A stretch of DNA of 64,000 nucleotides from an uncultured delta proteobacterium (GTDB lineage: Bacteria > Desulfobacterota > Binatia > UBA9968): contig CAVTUQ010000022.1 of the NCBI GenBank assembly GCA_963737905.1, positions 64,001 to 128,000 on the forward strand. Reading direction: 5' to 3'. The translations under genes were made by a program, and so were the position numbers. The notes beneath the pieces are model-generated. The model saw only the letters and a program-made list of their open reading frames with translations. It ran no database searches and was not told the DNA's origin. Shown piece after piece: positions 41,661-51,492 of the stretch (its first letter is position 1; the number at the start of each line of letters is the position of its first letter).

Positions 41661-42108
41661 ATCGTGCACCATCATCCGTCGCGCCGGTGCCGTTAGCTGG
41701 CTGATCGTCGTCTTTGGCGAGGATCTCAGTCAGGCTCAAGTTTTTAGCCACGGGTCTTAAGCCCAATGTCTTTAGGTTTTCTCTAAGATGGGCGGATAGC
41801 TGCGTACGGATCGCAAGCACTGGATGCGGCCGGCCTTTACGTACCAGCGACTTCAACCCCATCAGGTAATTATCCAGGCTCGCGATGTAGAGTATGTTTT
41901 TAACCGAATCCCCGATGATGGCCTGCTCCTGCGGTGATGGATCGCCGCCGAGGGCTTTGACTAACTCCTGCTCCTTCTCTCGTATTGCTTTGAATAGCGA
42001 CGTTCTTTCATCTAAGCCGTCGCCATTCAGCATGGCTTTGTAGGTGTGAAGCCCATGTTTAAGGGCTTTCTTGTTGCCTGCCACCCCTGGCGTGATGAGT
42101 TTTGACAA
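41659..42108 (-). CDS. Putative terminase small subunit
   Basis: GNKKALKHG N-terminal motif, HP...L..LGL.P C-terminal motif (P27-type TerS-like), upstream of terL. Confidence 0.65.
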   Translation of the reverse strand: MSKLITPGVAGNKKALKHGLHTYKAMLNGDGLDERTSLFKAIREKEQELVKALGGDPSPQEQAIIGDSVKNILYIASLDNYLMGLKSLVRKGRPHPVLAIRTQLSAHLRENLKTLGLRPVAKNLSLTEILAKDDDQPANGTGATDDGAR

Positions 42109-42481
42109 TCTCGGTTGATTCGTTGTGATTCATGCTGCCGCTAGCCCGGTGTGATTGTTCTTCAAGTTCTTACACAATCGTTGCACAGTGCCAAAAAAAC
42201 TTTGAAACGTTCGTGAGTTAGAACGGGGCACTTGATTAGAAGTCAAATGAGAAACACGCGACTTGAGGCGAGATTCAAGAAGAGTAGACGGGATTCGCTC
42301 GCTGCGACCAGGCTTTCGCCCTGTTGGAATTGTAAGAAGCGCGTCGACGGGTGATTGTGAAAGAATTGTGAAAGATCTACTGACGGGAGCTTACAGAAAT
42401 TAACAAACGCGAGGGTAGGGGAGAGCTGTTTCTCACTGCTAATTTTTTTCTGCGTTGTCTGCGTCGCTGATCCTGGCATAT

Positions 42482-42539
42482 CTCGAAATCAAGTTCACCC
42501 GGGAGGGTGACGGGGGTTCAAATCCCTGCCTCTCCGCCA
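42482..42539 (+). repeat. attR: copy of the 3' 58 nt of tRNA-Ser(CGA)
   Basis: CTCGAAATCAAGTTCACCCGGGAGGGTGACGGGGGTTCAAATCCCTGCCTCTCCGCCA, starting in the anticodon loop. Confidence 0.95.
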
Positions 42540-42772
42540 ACAAATTCGTCAGCTATCCCTTGCCAAAAACAGCCATCGCAAGAATCGTCAGACTTTGATG
42601 TGCATTCTTTGGCGAAGTTAGTAACTCGCCCGCGGGCATCCCGTATAAGTGTCAACTACACGGAGCGAACAATTGTTGGATATGGCAGTTCCGGTTGGAA
42701 TGCAGAGAGACAAAACATGACACTGCTCCCCGACTATTCTGTCCGGCGTGATGATAATTGACGAAATCGTTG

Positions 42773-43054
42773 TTAGTGAAGTCTTCGGCGTTCTAAAGAC
42801 CAGGCGCCGCGATCATCAAAAACGGCTTCTTTGAAAAGAGTGTCGTAGAAAACTTCTATCATTTCCCCGTTGCCGCGAAATCTGGCGGTTCGGAGAGATT
42901 TCCAGACGTCACCCCAGGGTATCAGCTTCATACCGACATAGGCTGCCTCTTGCCGTAGCGCGTCGGCCGGGGCAAATCGTTCGACAGATTCCTCTGGACG
43001 GTTTTTCCGATGTGCGGTTTGTGGTCCGATATTTCTGTCAGATGATCGCGCCAT
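42773..43054 (-). CDS. Hypothetical protein
   Basis: SD AAGGA; sigma54-like promoter upstream. Confidence 0.5.
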   Translation of the reverse strand: MARSSDRNIGPQTAHRKNRPEESVERFAPADALRQEAAYVGMKLIPWGDVWKSLRTARFRGNGEMIEVFYDTLFKEAVFDDRGAWSLERRRLH

Positions 43055-43140
43055 GGGTGTTCCTTGCTTTGATGGTTGATCCGATCCTTACGGTCGCATC
43101 AGAATTTTACCGTGCTCTTATATTCTTAACGAAAGAATTT

Positions 43141-43156
43141 AGCAAGTGAGATGCCA
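43141..43156 (-). promoter_or_regulatory. Putative sigma54 promoter
   Basis: TGGCATCTCACTTGCT, near-consensus -24/-12. Confidence 0.65.
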
Positions 43157-43762
43157 CCTTGCGGACTATCCAAATTCAAGTACTTCGATCGATGGTGGAA
43201 AATGATAATGTATGCAGCCCTAACAACCGAAAGACGAGTTGGTGATGTGGTTTGGCTGCCGGCAAAAAAAACAGCTGCAGAGAGTATTTAGCGGAGATTT
43301 CTCTCAAATTGGAACTATTCCTAAATGTAAGTTCGATTGACATGCTGTAATCGAAAATGGAACGCTAGATAAAGTAACCCGCAGCGGGTTGAAAGTGTAA
43401 TCTGTTTCTAGAAAACTTGGATACACTGAATATTCCCCCCGATGTCGCCAATCAATTCACCCGTTGTGGCCAATCACGCAAGTTGCGTCCGGTTCGACGC
43501 GAAAGTGGAAGCCCGAGGTTTGAAAGCACCATCCGGCCATTTTTGTACTGAACTTTATCAACAATCTAATATGTGCCCATCCACACCCAGCGTCTTCCAA
43601 GAGCCCTTTGATATGGATTAGCTTTCTGGAGGCTTACCGTGCGGGAGAGAAATCAATTGCAGATTCCTTAAGGCGGGAAGTTGATCCCTTTTTGCAGAGT
43701 CTGCAATTTATGCCTCCTCGTTAAATTGCAGGAAGCACGAAGGCCTGACAGCCGCATACCTC

Positions 43763-43947
43763 GTGAAAGCAAAGACTTCAAATGCCCTCCCTTTCGCCAA
43801 GCTCCGGTTCATTGAACCGATGTATGCCCGGCTGGTTCAGAAGTTTTGCCGGAACGTGACGAATGGCTCTATGAAGTCAAGTTCGATGGCTCCGCTGTCT
43901 CGCCGGGAGGGATTCGACCGGAGTGACGCTCTGGTCCAGGCGGGGGA
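43763..43947 (+). pseudogene. ATP-dependent DNA ligase (LigD-type) N-terminal fragment
   Basis: FIEPM.A.LV..LP..DEWLYEVKFDG (motif I KxDG), LWSRRG. Confidence 0.8.
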
Positions 43948-43955
43948 CGAAGATA

Positions 43956-44769
43956 ATGTTTAAGGGAACCGTCACATTCTGTGCAACAATCAAAGGCAAT
44001 GGCCTGACATTTCCTTTGGTTGAGTTTAACCCGCACGAGCCAGGCATAGACAAGGTCGAGATCGAAGCAGATCAATTAGAGGTGGGAGATTGGCAGCACG
44101 GTGCATCTTGCTGCTGTTCAATCATGTAAGGCCAGGGATGGGCTGCTGCAACGAAGGTCAACACCGCAGCCCTCAAACCGCCTTGCTTTCTTCGAGAACA
44201 TCGCCATCGAGAATGCTCGCGTGGAGCGAGAGGACTTTTCCTCGTTGGACGATCAACCCGGCACCCACGTGCTCGTTGCAGGTACGGGCCGGTACTCGCT
44301 AATAGGTGGTGCTGTGAAGTTCGTTGTTGGTCGATCTCCCGAGCGGCTCAAAGAGAAGTTGGAGCAAGCAACGGTTCTGAGTGAGCGCTACTATGGACTC
44401 TTTCGGTCGGCCCGCCAGTCGATAAGTCCGGTTGAGGAGTTCATGCATCTCTATCACATTCTCCTGATGCTCTTCAATGACCGTCCAGGCCGAGTGGAGA
44501 TTTTATTCGAGAGAAGATCTGATGTTCCGCTGACACCGGACCCACACAAGGATCGAGAGTAGAGAATGGAGACGGTCTACACGCGGCTCCGAAACGAACT
44601 GGCTCACCAGCGAGCAGGTGTAAACCTTGACAACACCAAGGCAGAGATGTCGAACCGTCTGAGTCGATTGATCGCACTTACGAAGCGAGCAATCGAGTTG
44701 CAGGTTTTAGAGACTCGTCTTATTCTGGCAAAAAGCCCTCATCCCGTTTCGCACAAAGAAATCTTGTAG
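43956..44769 (+). CDS. HEPN-domain protein (MauJ-like), broken into several frames
   Basis: EEFMHLYHILL, ETVYTRLRNELAH (RxxxxH at 44590-44607). Confidence 0.65.
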
Positions 44770-44854
44770 CCGCGAATCGGATGACAGATGACACCTCGTA
44801 TCACCCGTCACCACCTACCAGGATGTTCCGGTCATGCAGGCGACACTTGGTTAA

Positions 44855-45166
44855 CTATTTTTTTACCTCAAGATGATTGACGACTGTCTGAACGCCAGCC
44901 ACTTTCCATGCGAGTTTGATAGCATGTTCTCTCGCCTCCAGTGACGGCACAGTACCACTCAAATCGACTGATCCGTCAGTGGTTCTCACGTTTACATCTG
45001 TCAAATCTACTGACTTATCTTTAAGCAAGGTTTCTTTTACCGCTTTGGTAATGGCTGCATCTTTGTCACTCTCCCTGCGCGTCATTTCAGTAATCGTTTG
45101 GCAGCCTAATACAAGTGAAAAGATTACCACTAGCTTTACCGCAATGAGTTGTGGAACGAATTTCAT
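44855..45166 (-). CDS. BON-domain lipoprotein
   Basis: Lipobox VLGC; DAAITKAVK..L...V.V.T.DG.V.LSG.V...GV..VVNHL. Confidence 0.9.
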   Translation of the reverse strand: MKFVPQLIAVKLVVIFSLVLGCQTITEMTRRESDKDAAITKAVKETLLKDKSVDLTDVNVRTTDGSVDLSGTVPSLEAREHAIKLAWKVAGVQTVVNHLEVKK

Positions 45167-45272
45167 AGATTTCCCTCCTGTCCTATTGGAACTGGAGAAT
45201 ATCCACATCTCCAGGATCGACCGGGAAAACCGCAGAAGAAGTAGGTTTTATAAAAACGATCAAAGTAGTGGG

Positions 45273-46571
45273 CTAATTCGCGCGCGACTGAGCCCCTGAT
45301 CCGGAACGAGGAAATCTTAGGATCGTCGAACGATTTTCTGCGACCAAGGATTTTAGAGTGATTCCATCCAACGCGTTTTGGACGGCTTGATCACGGCGCA
45401 GCAAGATATCGGCAGCAGGTCCGGAGTTCTTGTCGTCTTGTGTGGCTGAGTCGCCCACGATGTCCAGAATATCCTTAACGGCCAAGGTTTCGGGTGGTCT
45501 TGCCAACGCGACTCCCTCTGGTTCTGCGGACCTGAGCAGAATACCGGCTCTGACAAACTGGTCAACGAAATTCTCCAGGCTCGAGACTCCGAGATAGCCC
45601 GCCAGTTCGGTAGATTGCCAAGGATTTTCGCCGGAAAAATGGCGTCGTGTAATCTCGATTAAGGCCGAAAGTGCCAACCATTCCTCGAATCGATGCCCTC
45701 TCCCACCACGGAGTGCTTCGTGCACGAAAACGGAAGGGTATTGGTGAAAGTAGGTGACCTCAGCCCCGACCAAAAAAATCAGCCATCCGACATAAAGCCA
45801 GATGAGAAACACGATGATAATAGCAAAACTCGAATAGACGGCGGCGTACTGAGCGGAGTTAGCTACAAAGGCCGCGAATGCCATCCCGACCAGTTGCCAC
45901 AGAACCCCCGCCGTCGCGCCGCCGATAAGCGCCGAACTGAAGCGCACCTTCGTGTAGGGCATCAACTTGTAAAGAAATGTGAAAGTGGCACACAGCAGAA
46001 CGAACGGCATGACGCTGGTCGTCAGGGTAAAGATGTAACTGAAAAAGCCTATCTCAAAGAGGCGCTCTACGAGCCAGTAACTTTGCGCCGAGGCGATAAG
46101 CGTCAACGCGGTAAAAACCATCACCGGTCCGACTAAAACCACACTCAAATAGGTCGTGACTCGCTGCGGCCACGTGCGCGACCGCGGCAAACGCCAGATC
46201 TGATTCAATGCGTCTTCCACCTTGGCGACAAGCGTGACGACCGTGTAAAACAACATGGCCACGCCGACCGCGCCTAAAATACCAACCCGAATGTTGTCAA
46301 CAAACTTGATGATTCTGTTGGCGACCTGTGATGCTTCTTGTCCGAGTGGCTGAAGCATCTGCGTTAAAAAGGGTTCGAGCACATTCTGTACTTCAAAAGC
46401 CTTTAATACGGAAAACATTACGGCAAGGAAGGGGACGAGCGATAGTAACGTCGAGTAAGTCAAACTCATCGCCTGAAGATTCAAAATGTCATCGCGATAT
46501 CTTGCATTGGCGACGACGGTCGCCCGGTAAATAGCGCTTTGAATTTTGGTGAGAATCCCAGGCATGATCAA
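45273..46571 (-). CDS. YihY/BrkB family membrane protein with a C-terminal HTH-like tail
   Basis: A.SL.YSTLLSLVP, ALNQIW, YAAVYSSFA..IVFLIWLY..W.I.L.GAE. Confidence 0.9.
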   Translation of the reverse strand: MIMPGILTKIQSAIYRATVVANARYRDDILNLQAMSLTYSTLLSLVPFLAVMFSVLKAFEVQNVLEPFLTQMLQPLGQEASQVANRIIKFVDNIRVGILGAVGVAMLFYTVVTLVAKVEDALNQIWRLPRSRTWPQRVTTYLSVVLVGPVMVFTALTLIASAQSYWLVERLFEIGFFSYIFTLTTSVMPFVLLCATFTFLYKLMPYTKVRFSSALIGGATAGVLWQLVGMAFAAFVANSAQYAAVYSSFAIIIVFLIWLYVGWLIFLVGAEVTYFHQYPSVFVHEALRGGRGHRFEEWLALSALIEITRRHFSGENPWQSTELAGYLGVSSLENFVDQFVRAGILLRSAEPEGVALARPPETLAVKDILDIVGDSATQDDKNSGPAADILLRRDQAVQNALDGITLKSLVAENRSTILRFPRSGSGAQSRAN

Positions 46572-46740
46572 CCGTCTTGCCTTGAGAACATTATTCCATT
46601 GTGAACGGAAAACAACGCGTCGCCCACTCCACCTTGCGCGGGTATATTGGCTGCCAGTGTTCGTGCGATTATGGTTTACGTCGTAAAAAGAGCAAAGCTT
46701 CCTTTTGTGAAAAGTTTGCGAAGAGATGACTCTATTTATT

Positions 46741-47328
46741 TTAAAACTTTGGTAGCGCAGCTTTCTCCTGATCCGAGTACTTCGACATCACCGCCAAATC
46801 TTCCAAGGTGATTTGGATATTTCCGCTCAGCTCGTGCTTGAAATTGAGAGCGGAAGCGCCGTCGTTCCAATCCGCGGTTCGCCCTTCGCCTATAGGTGGC
46901 CCGTATTTGTCGGTAGTCTGCTTGACTAACTGTTCCCAGCCGCCGAGTCCGAAATCACGATAATCAATCATCATCAAAGCCAGTCTGCCTGCAACGAAAA
47001 GAGCACCCATATTGATCGCTCCCTCCGGAAGAGTTCCGGTACATCGATAGTAGTTTCCGTCAGGACCGATTTTACCGGCATAACCTCCCTTTTGAGCGGC
47101 TTTGAATGAAGCTTCATCATCACCGAGCGTAAGGCCTGCATGACTTCTGTCTAGAGCTCGGCGCGCATTTGGCTTTGGCTGATCTGCGTTTGGAGCTTGA
47201 GGGCGACCTGTTCCAATCGCCTCATAGTGGACGATACCCTTTCCGTCCACCCACTTTTTGACTTGGGCGAAAGCGGGAATGGAAGACAAAGTTGATAGAA
47301 TCGCGAGAACGGAAATTATAAGTCGCAT
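46741..47328 (-). CDS. DUF4124-domain secreted protein
   Basis: Signal peptide then QVKKWVDGKGIVHY. Confidence 0.75.
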   Translation of the reverse strand: MRLIISVLAILSTLSSIPAFAQVKKWVDGKGIVHYEAIGTGRPQAPNADQPKPNARRALDRSHAGLTLGDDEASFKAAQKGGYAGKIGPDGNYYRCTGTLPEGAINMGALFVAGRLALMMIDYRDFGLGGWEQLVKQTTDKYGPPIGEGRTADWNDGASALNFKHELSGNIQITLEDLAVMSKYSDQEKAALPKF

Positions 47329-48547
47329 TGGACCTCATCCTTTCTCGGCGGTCAGTGCCCGGAACTGTTGCCACAGGCTTTCCGGAAAACTTTCTTTAAT
47401 TAATAATACATCGACGGAATCGATAGAAAAGATATTTCACCGCAACGATTCAAGGTTTTCGGCTTTGCCCCGATGGATGCACGATGACCAATCACTCACT
47501 TCGGTGATTCAATAATTCACCCGCCCTATTTCCACGCTGCGAAGATTTCCGGCGTCCGCTGTTGGCATGCAAGGTTTTTGGCTGAAACAGTTCAAAACAC
47601 TTTGCGAGTTCGAGAACCGGTAAATTCGGGATATCGGCGGGGGCCTTATCGCCGAAGACCTCTTCCAAAAAAGGATGTTCTCGAATATTCTCCCTGTCGT
47701 TGTTTTTTCGTGACGGCGAGCCATAAACATCTCCTTATTAGCAAAAAAGTTCCACTGGGCTGATGAAAGACGGGTTTAAAACCACGCGTCCGTTGTCCAA
47801 TAATTCTCCCCTCGTCGCAACGAACCTTGCAAGATTTATCCGCAAGACATATGCCACAGTAAATCTCGCTAAATATCATTCTAGCTTGCGGAATTTAGAT
47901 ATTTCAGATTTTGTTGTATGAATTTTCCTGCACGATCGGTTAGGAAAATCTGAACACTAGAAATTACCCGAGCTGTGCCCATTTATCTTTTTCGGGGATT
48001 CAGCCCCAGAAAAACTTCTGATTAGTCGTCGTAATTATTGGAAATGAGAACGATGTGCAAAAACGAGAAAGAGAGAAGAATCACGCGGCCAATAAGTATA
48101 GGGGTCATTACTCATGATCATCCGGCCGTTCTTTCCCAGATTGTGAAGCATATCTCATACTACCTTCCGCAGAAAAGCTATGCGGCCGGGTTGTAAAGGA
48201 CGCCCAAGAATACGCAACACTTAAAATGAGGGTGACCACGGCGAATTCAAAAGGAATGGCAGAGTACCTCGAAGGGAAGCAAAACTACATCGACCGAATC
48301 ACCCACACGGCTCTAGCCCAAGGCTACGGGAGACTGAATGCCTAACCAGAGGGTCGTGGCAAATCGGAGCCACAGTTTCACGGATAGGAATGGAATTTGT
48401 GGGTGTCTTTAGGTAGACCCGTCTGAGACGCGTAACACGCCCTGAAATCCTACCGCGTTCGGGGTAAAAGAAGCCGAGGAGACGACCGGGGCCAAGCATA
48501 GAAGCTAGGCCATTCAGCCAAATAACGTTGGAGCCGGCTGTTTTCAG

Positions 48548-48766
48548 TTAAATGCGCGGTCGGTGCTGGTGACTCCCTCGGTTTCGAGCTGAAGTCTGTT
48601 TGCTTCTAATATCGACTTCCTCTGCATGAAGATGGAGCCTTTTTGCCTCTTCAAAACAGGGGGAGCAAACAATCAGGTCAAGCAGGGTGATGCCTGCTTC
48701 TTCGCTCGTAACGCGATAGGCGTTACCTACTATCGACCCACCGCAATGTTCACAAGTGTGTTCCAT
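48548..48766 (-). CDS. Small CxxC...CxxC zinc-binding protein
   Basis: CEHC...CSPC; sigma54-like promoter just upstream. Confidence 0.6.
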   Translation of the reverse strand: MEHTCEHCGGSIVGNAYRVTSEEAGITLLDLIVCSPCFEEAKRLHLHAEEVDIRSKQTSARNRGSHQHRPRI

Positions 48767-48780
48767 AATTGTCTTTCACT

Positions 48781-48796
48781 GGCAAACAAGATGCCA
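48781..48796 (-). promoter_or_regulatory. Putative sigma54 promoter
   Basis: TGGCATCTTGTTTGCC. Confidence 0.55.
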
Positions 48797-49023
48797 TATT
48801 GGGACTGATTGTCACGAATATTGGATCGGGTAAATCCGTAGCCTTTACGGATTACGAAGGCATTTTATCTACCAAACAAGTATGACTCTCGTCGATTCGA
48901 TAGTAATAGATGAAGGAAATTCCCATCGTCAACTAAATTTTTGTAAGCTAATCGTGTACAAAAACTCTCTCGTCATTTTGAGAGGGCTGTCGGCCTATTT
49001 CACGGGTGCCCTAAGGATTTGTC

Positions 49024-49302
49024 TTAGTGCAATGTGCGGGAAAGTCTGATTGCCTCTTCGATCTCAGCGACAGCCTCAGGGCAGTACATCTCAGCAGCAG
49101 CGAGAATCATTCGTGCATGAAATTTATCGCAGAGGACCGCAACGGTTCTAATTTCGTTATCTGTTTCAAAATGGTGCAATACTAGGCCATTTTTTAGAAT
49201 GGCGTAAATGCGAGACTCCTCGTCAAACTCGCTCAGTATACGGTCGTAATGTTGTGGGGAAATGTCGAGCAATATTTTCACGGGAGTCGCATTATTATAC
49301 AT
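49024..49302 (-). CDS. Small hypothetical protein (CD...CPE family)
   Basis: LCDKFHARMILAAAEMYCPEAVAEIEEA. Confidence 0.7.
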   Translation of the reverse strand: MYNNATPVKILLDISPQHYDRILSEFDEESRIYAILKNGLVLHHFETDNEIRTVAVLCDKFHARMILAAAEMYCPEAVAEIEEAIRLSRTLH

Positions 49303-49698
49303 CCTTAAACGCCACGAGCAACGAGCGATGATCAAGGTTTTTAGCTGGAACTAGAAAAATTTGGTGCTTATCTCCCTGAATGGATTGCCTGCCTGTCTTG
49401 GTGCAACTGAGGCTACGGCTGCTTTGTTTCTCAACAGGGCATCGCGCCATTGGCGTCCGGCCGATCAATTTATAACCATCACCTCAGGTCGAACCACCAG
49501 CGGCTGAATAAACCTTGGTTTCGCATCGACGTAGCGACCGCCCTTGACGAGTCACAAATATCAGTCATTATTTTCTTAGACCATCTACCGGCAACGGCTG
49601 GCAGAGAGCTGCGAATACGAAGAAGGAGTAAGTGCCATGTTCGTCGAGAATTGACGATGATTATTGGCAGACGGGATCTCTTTCCCGAGGGAGGCTCT

Positions 49699-50241
49699 AT
49701 GCAATCAAAGACTCGCGCTATTGTTATGGTAGTGATCATGGGGTTAATGGTCGGCTGCAGCACAGGATCAGTCACTAAGGAGGAAGGAGACTCTCTCTTG
49801 AAGAGTGCCCAGGCTTCAAGGCAGGAATGGAACAAAGTGGATCCGCAGTTTGAGGCCTTTGCCAAGAATGGTTATGGCTACGCTTTTTTCCCAGAGATCA
49901 CCAAAGGCGGCTTGCTCGTGGGTGGAGCCAATGGTCGAGGTGTCGTCTACGAGAAGGGCCAACACATCGGTTACGCGGACTTGACCCAGGTATCAGCCGG
50001 CTTTCAAGCCGGCCTTCAGGACTATAGCCAGCTTATTGTGTTCGAGAACCAGGCGGCGATGGACAAATTCAAACGAAACGAGATTGATTTTGGCGCCAAC
50101 GCCTCCGCAGTATACGCGGATAAGGGCGCCGCAGCGAATGCCCAGTTCGTTGATGGTATAGCGGTATTTGTCAGGCCGATACGAGGTGCGATGGCGGAGG
50201 CATCCCTTGGCGGACAGCAAATAACGTATCTGCCGAAGTGA
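49699..50241 (+). CDS. YSC84/SYLF-related lipoprotein
   Basis: SD GGGAGG, lipobox MVGC, GY..FP...KGG...GG..G.G, EASLGGQ. Confidence 0.85.
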   Translation: MQSKTRAIVMVVIMGLMVGCSTGSVTKEEGDSLLKSAQASRQEWNKVDPQFEAFAKNGYGYAFFPEITKGGLLVGGANGRGVVYEKGQHIGYADLTQVSAGFQAGLQDYSQLIVFENQAAMDKFKRNEIDFGANASAVYADKGAAANAQFVDGIAVFVRPIRGAMAEASLGGQQITYLPK

Positions 50242-50632
50242 TTGCCATAACCAAGTTCAATGGTCTCACGTTAGTTGACCTTTTCTACTTAGCGGTTTTC
50301 TTCTTCTGGAGGAGTGTAAGCAAAAACTGAAAAAACCTTTTATATTCTCCGCCGAGTCTCGTGTTCTTCCCAAAAATAGGAGTAGTGACCGCGAGCAGAT
50401 TCATAGATTCCCACTTCTGTCTCCCAGTCGATTTTGGTTAGGGGAAGCCCGCACTCTTTACCGTCAACGAGCACCAGGCAGATCTTGTCTTTCATATCGC
50501 GCCGTCTGGATGCGTATTCCGATGAAATCGGCACCGATTCCGAAGCAAATCGGCAATCCGAGGAGTCGGAGCGAAGCGACGCTGGGATTTTGTTCATAAC
50601 CTAAGGGTCCTGTTGGTTGCAAGTCCGTTAAA

Positions 50633-51361
50633 TCATTTCTTGGTTTTTCTGATCGACTCTCCTTTCAGTTCGATTTTGTAAGCGTGGTGCAGCAAGCGAT
50701 CCAAGATGGCATCGGCGACGGTGGGTTCACCGATGATGGTATGCCAGTCTTTGATCGGGCACTGGCTGGTGATGACAGTGGGATTTTTCTGATAGCGGTC
50801 CTCGATGATTTCGAGCAGATCGTTACGTTGCGAATCATCGAGTGGAGTCAGAAACAGATCATCGAGGATAAGCAGTTGGACCTTGGCCAAGCGGGTGAGC
50901 ATTTTGAGATGGGAGCCGTCGGCTTTGGCTTGAAGGAGCATTTCGAACAGACGCGGAGCGCGCAGATAGAGTACAGTGTAACCGTGGCGCGCAGCGAAGT
51001 TGCCGAGCGCGCAGGCGATGTAACTTTTGCCGACGCCCGTGGGGCCGGTCAGGAGCACGGTATGGTGGCGGGTGATCCAGTCCGTAGAGGAGAGTTCCAA
51101 GATCGTCTGTTTGTTTAAGCCTCTGGAATGTTTGTAATCGATGTCTTCGAGACAAGCGGGTTGGGTGAGCTTGGCGTTAAGGAGGAGACGTTTTAAGCGA
51201 AGATTATCGCGGTAGGTTTTTTCGTCTTGAACGATCAGACCGAAGAACTCCGGGTGGGAGAGATCGGCGGATGCGGGATGAGCGATCTTGTCGCCGAAGC
51301 TTCGTGCCATGCCGAAGAGTTTTAAAGCGTTAAGAGTTTGCAGAGTTTGTTCGTTGAGCAT
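50633..51361 (-). CDS. istB: IS21 helper ATPase
   Basis: GPTGVGKS, LLILDD, TSQ, ADAILDRL, GESIR. Confidence 0.95.
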   Translation of the reverse strand: MLNEQTLQTLNALKLFGMARSFGDKIAHPASADLSHPEFFGLIVQDEKTYRDNLRLKRLLLNAKLTQPACLEDIDYKHSRGLNKQTILELSSTDWITRHHTVLLTGPTGVGKSYIACALGNFAARHGYTVLYLRAPRLFEMLLQAKADGSHLKMLTRLAKVQLLILDDLFLTPLDDSQRNDLLEIIEDRYQKNPTVITSQCPIKDWHTIIGEPTVADAILDRLLHHAYKIELKGESIRKTKK

Positions 51362-51492
51362 CGGAGATTTTCCTTTCGTGTTTGGGTTGTGGTTGCAATG
51401 GGGGGAGAGTCTACCCCTTCACCCCATTGAGAACGTTCGTTAATGAGGCTTTAAACGCGTCATTTTTTGTTTCGGTCATCTGATTTTCACCC

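Larger units (their letters stand above)
32858..42539. mobile_element. tRNA-Ser(CGA)-integrated phage-satellite-like element or degenerate prophage
   Basis: 58-bp direct repeats at 32858-32915 and 42482-42539 (2 mismatches) enclosing integrase, replication and terminase genes. Confidence 0.88.

Noticed and set aside
39979-42108. Complete prophage
   Set aside because: No portal, capsid, tail or lysis genes recognised between the att sites.
42482-42539. A fifth tRNA gene
   Set aside because: It lacks the 5' acceptor strand and D-arm; it is the att duplicate.
42540-43700. SRP RNA (ffs), often found after tadA-tRNA-Ser
   Set aside because: No GGAAG/AGCAG SRP helix-8 signature in a plausible hairpin was found here.
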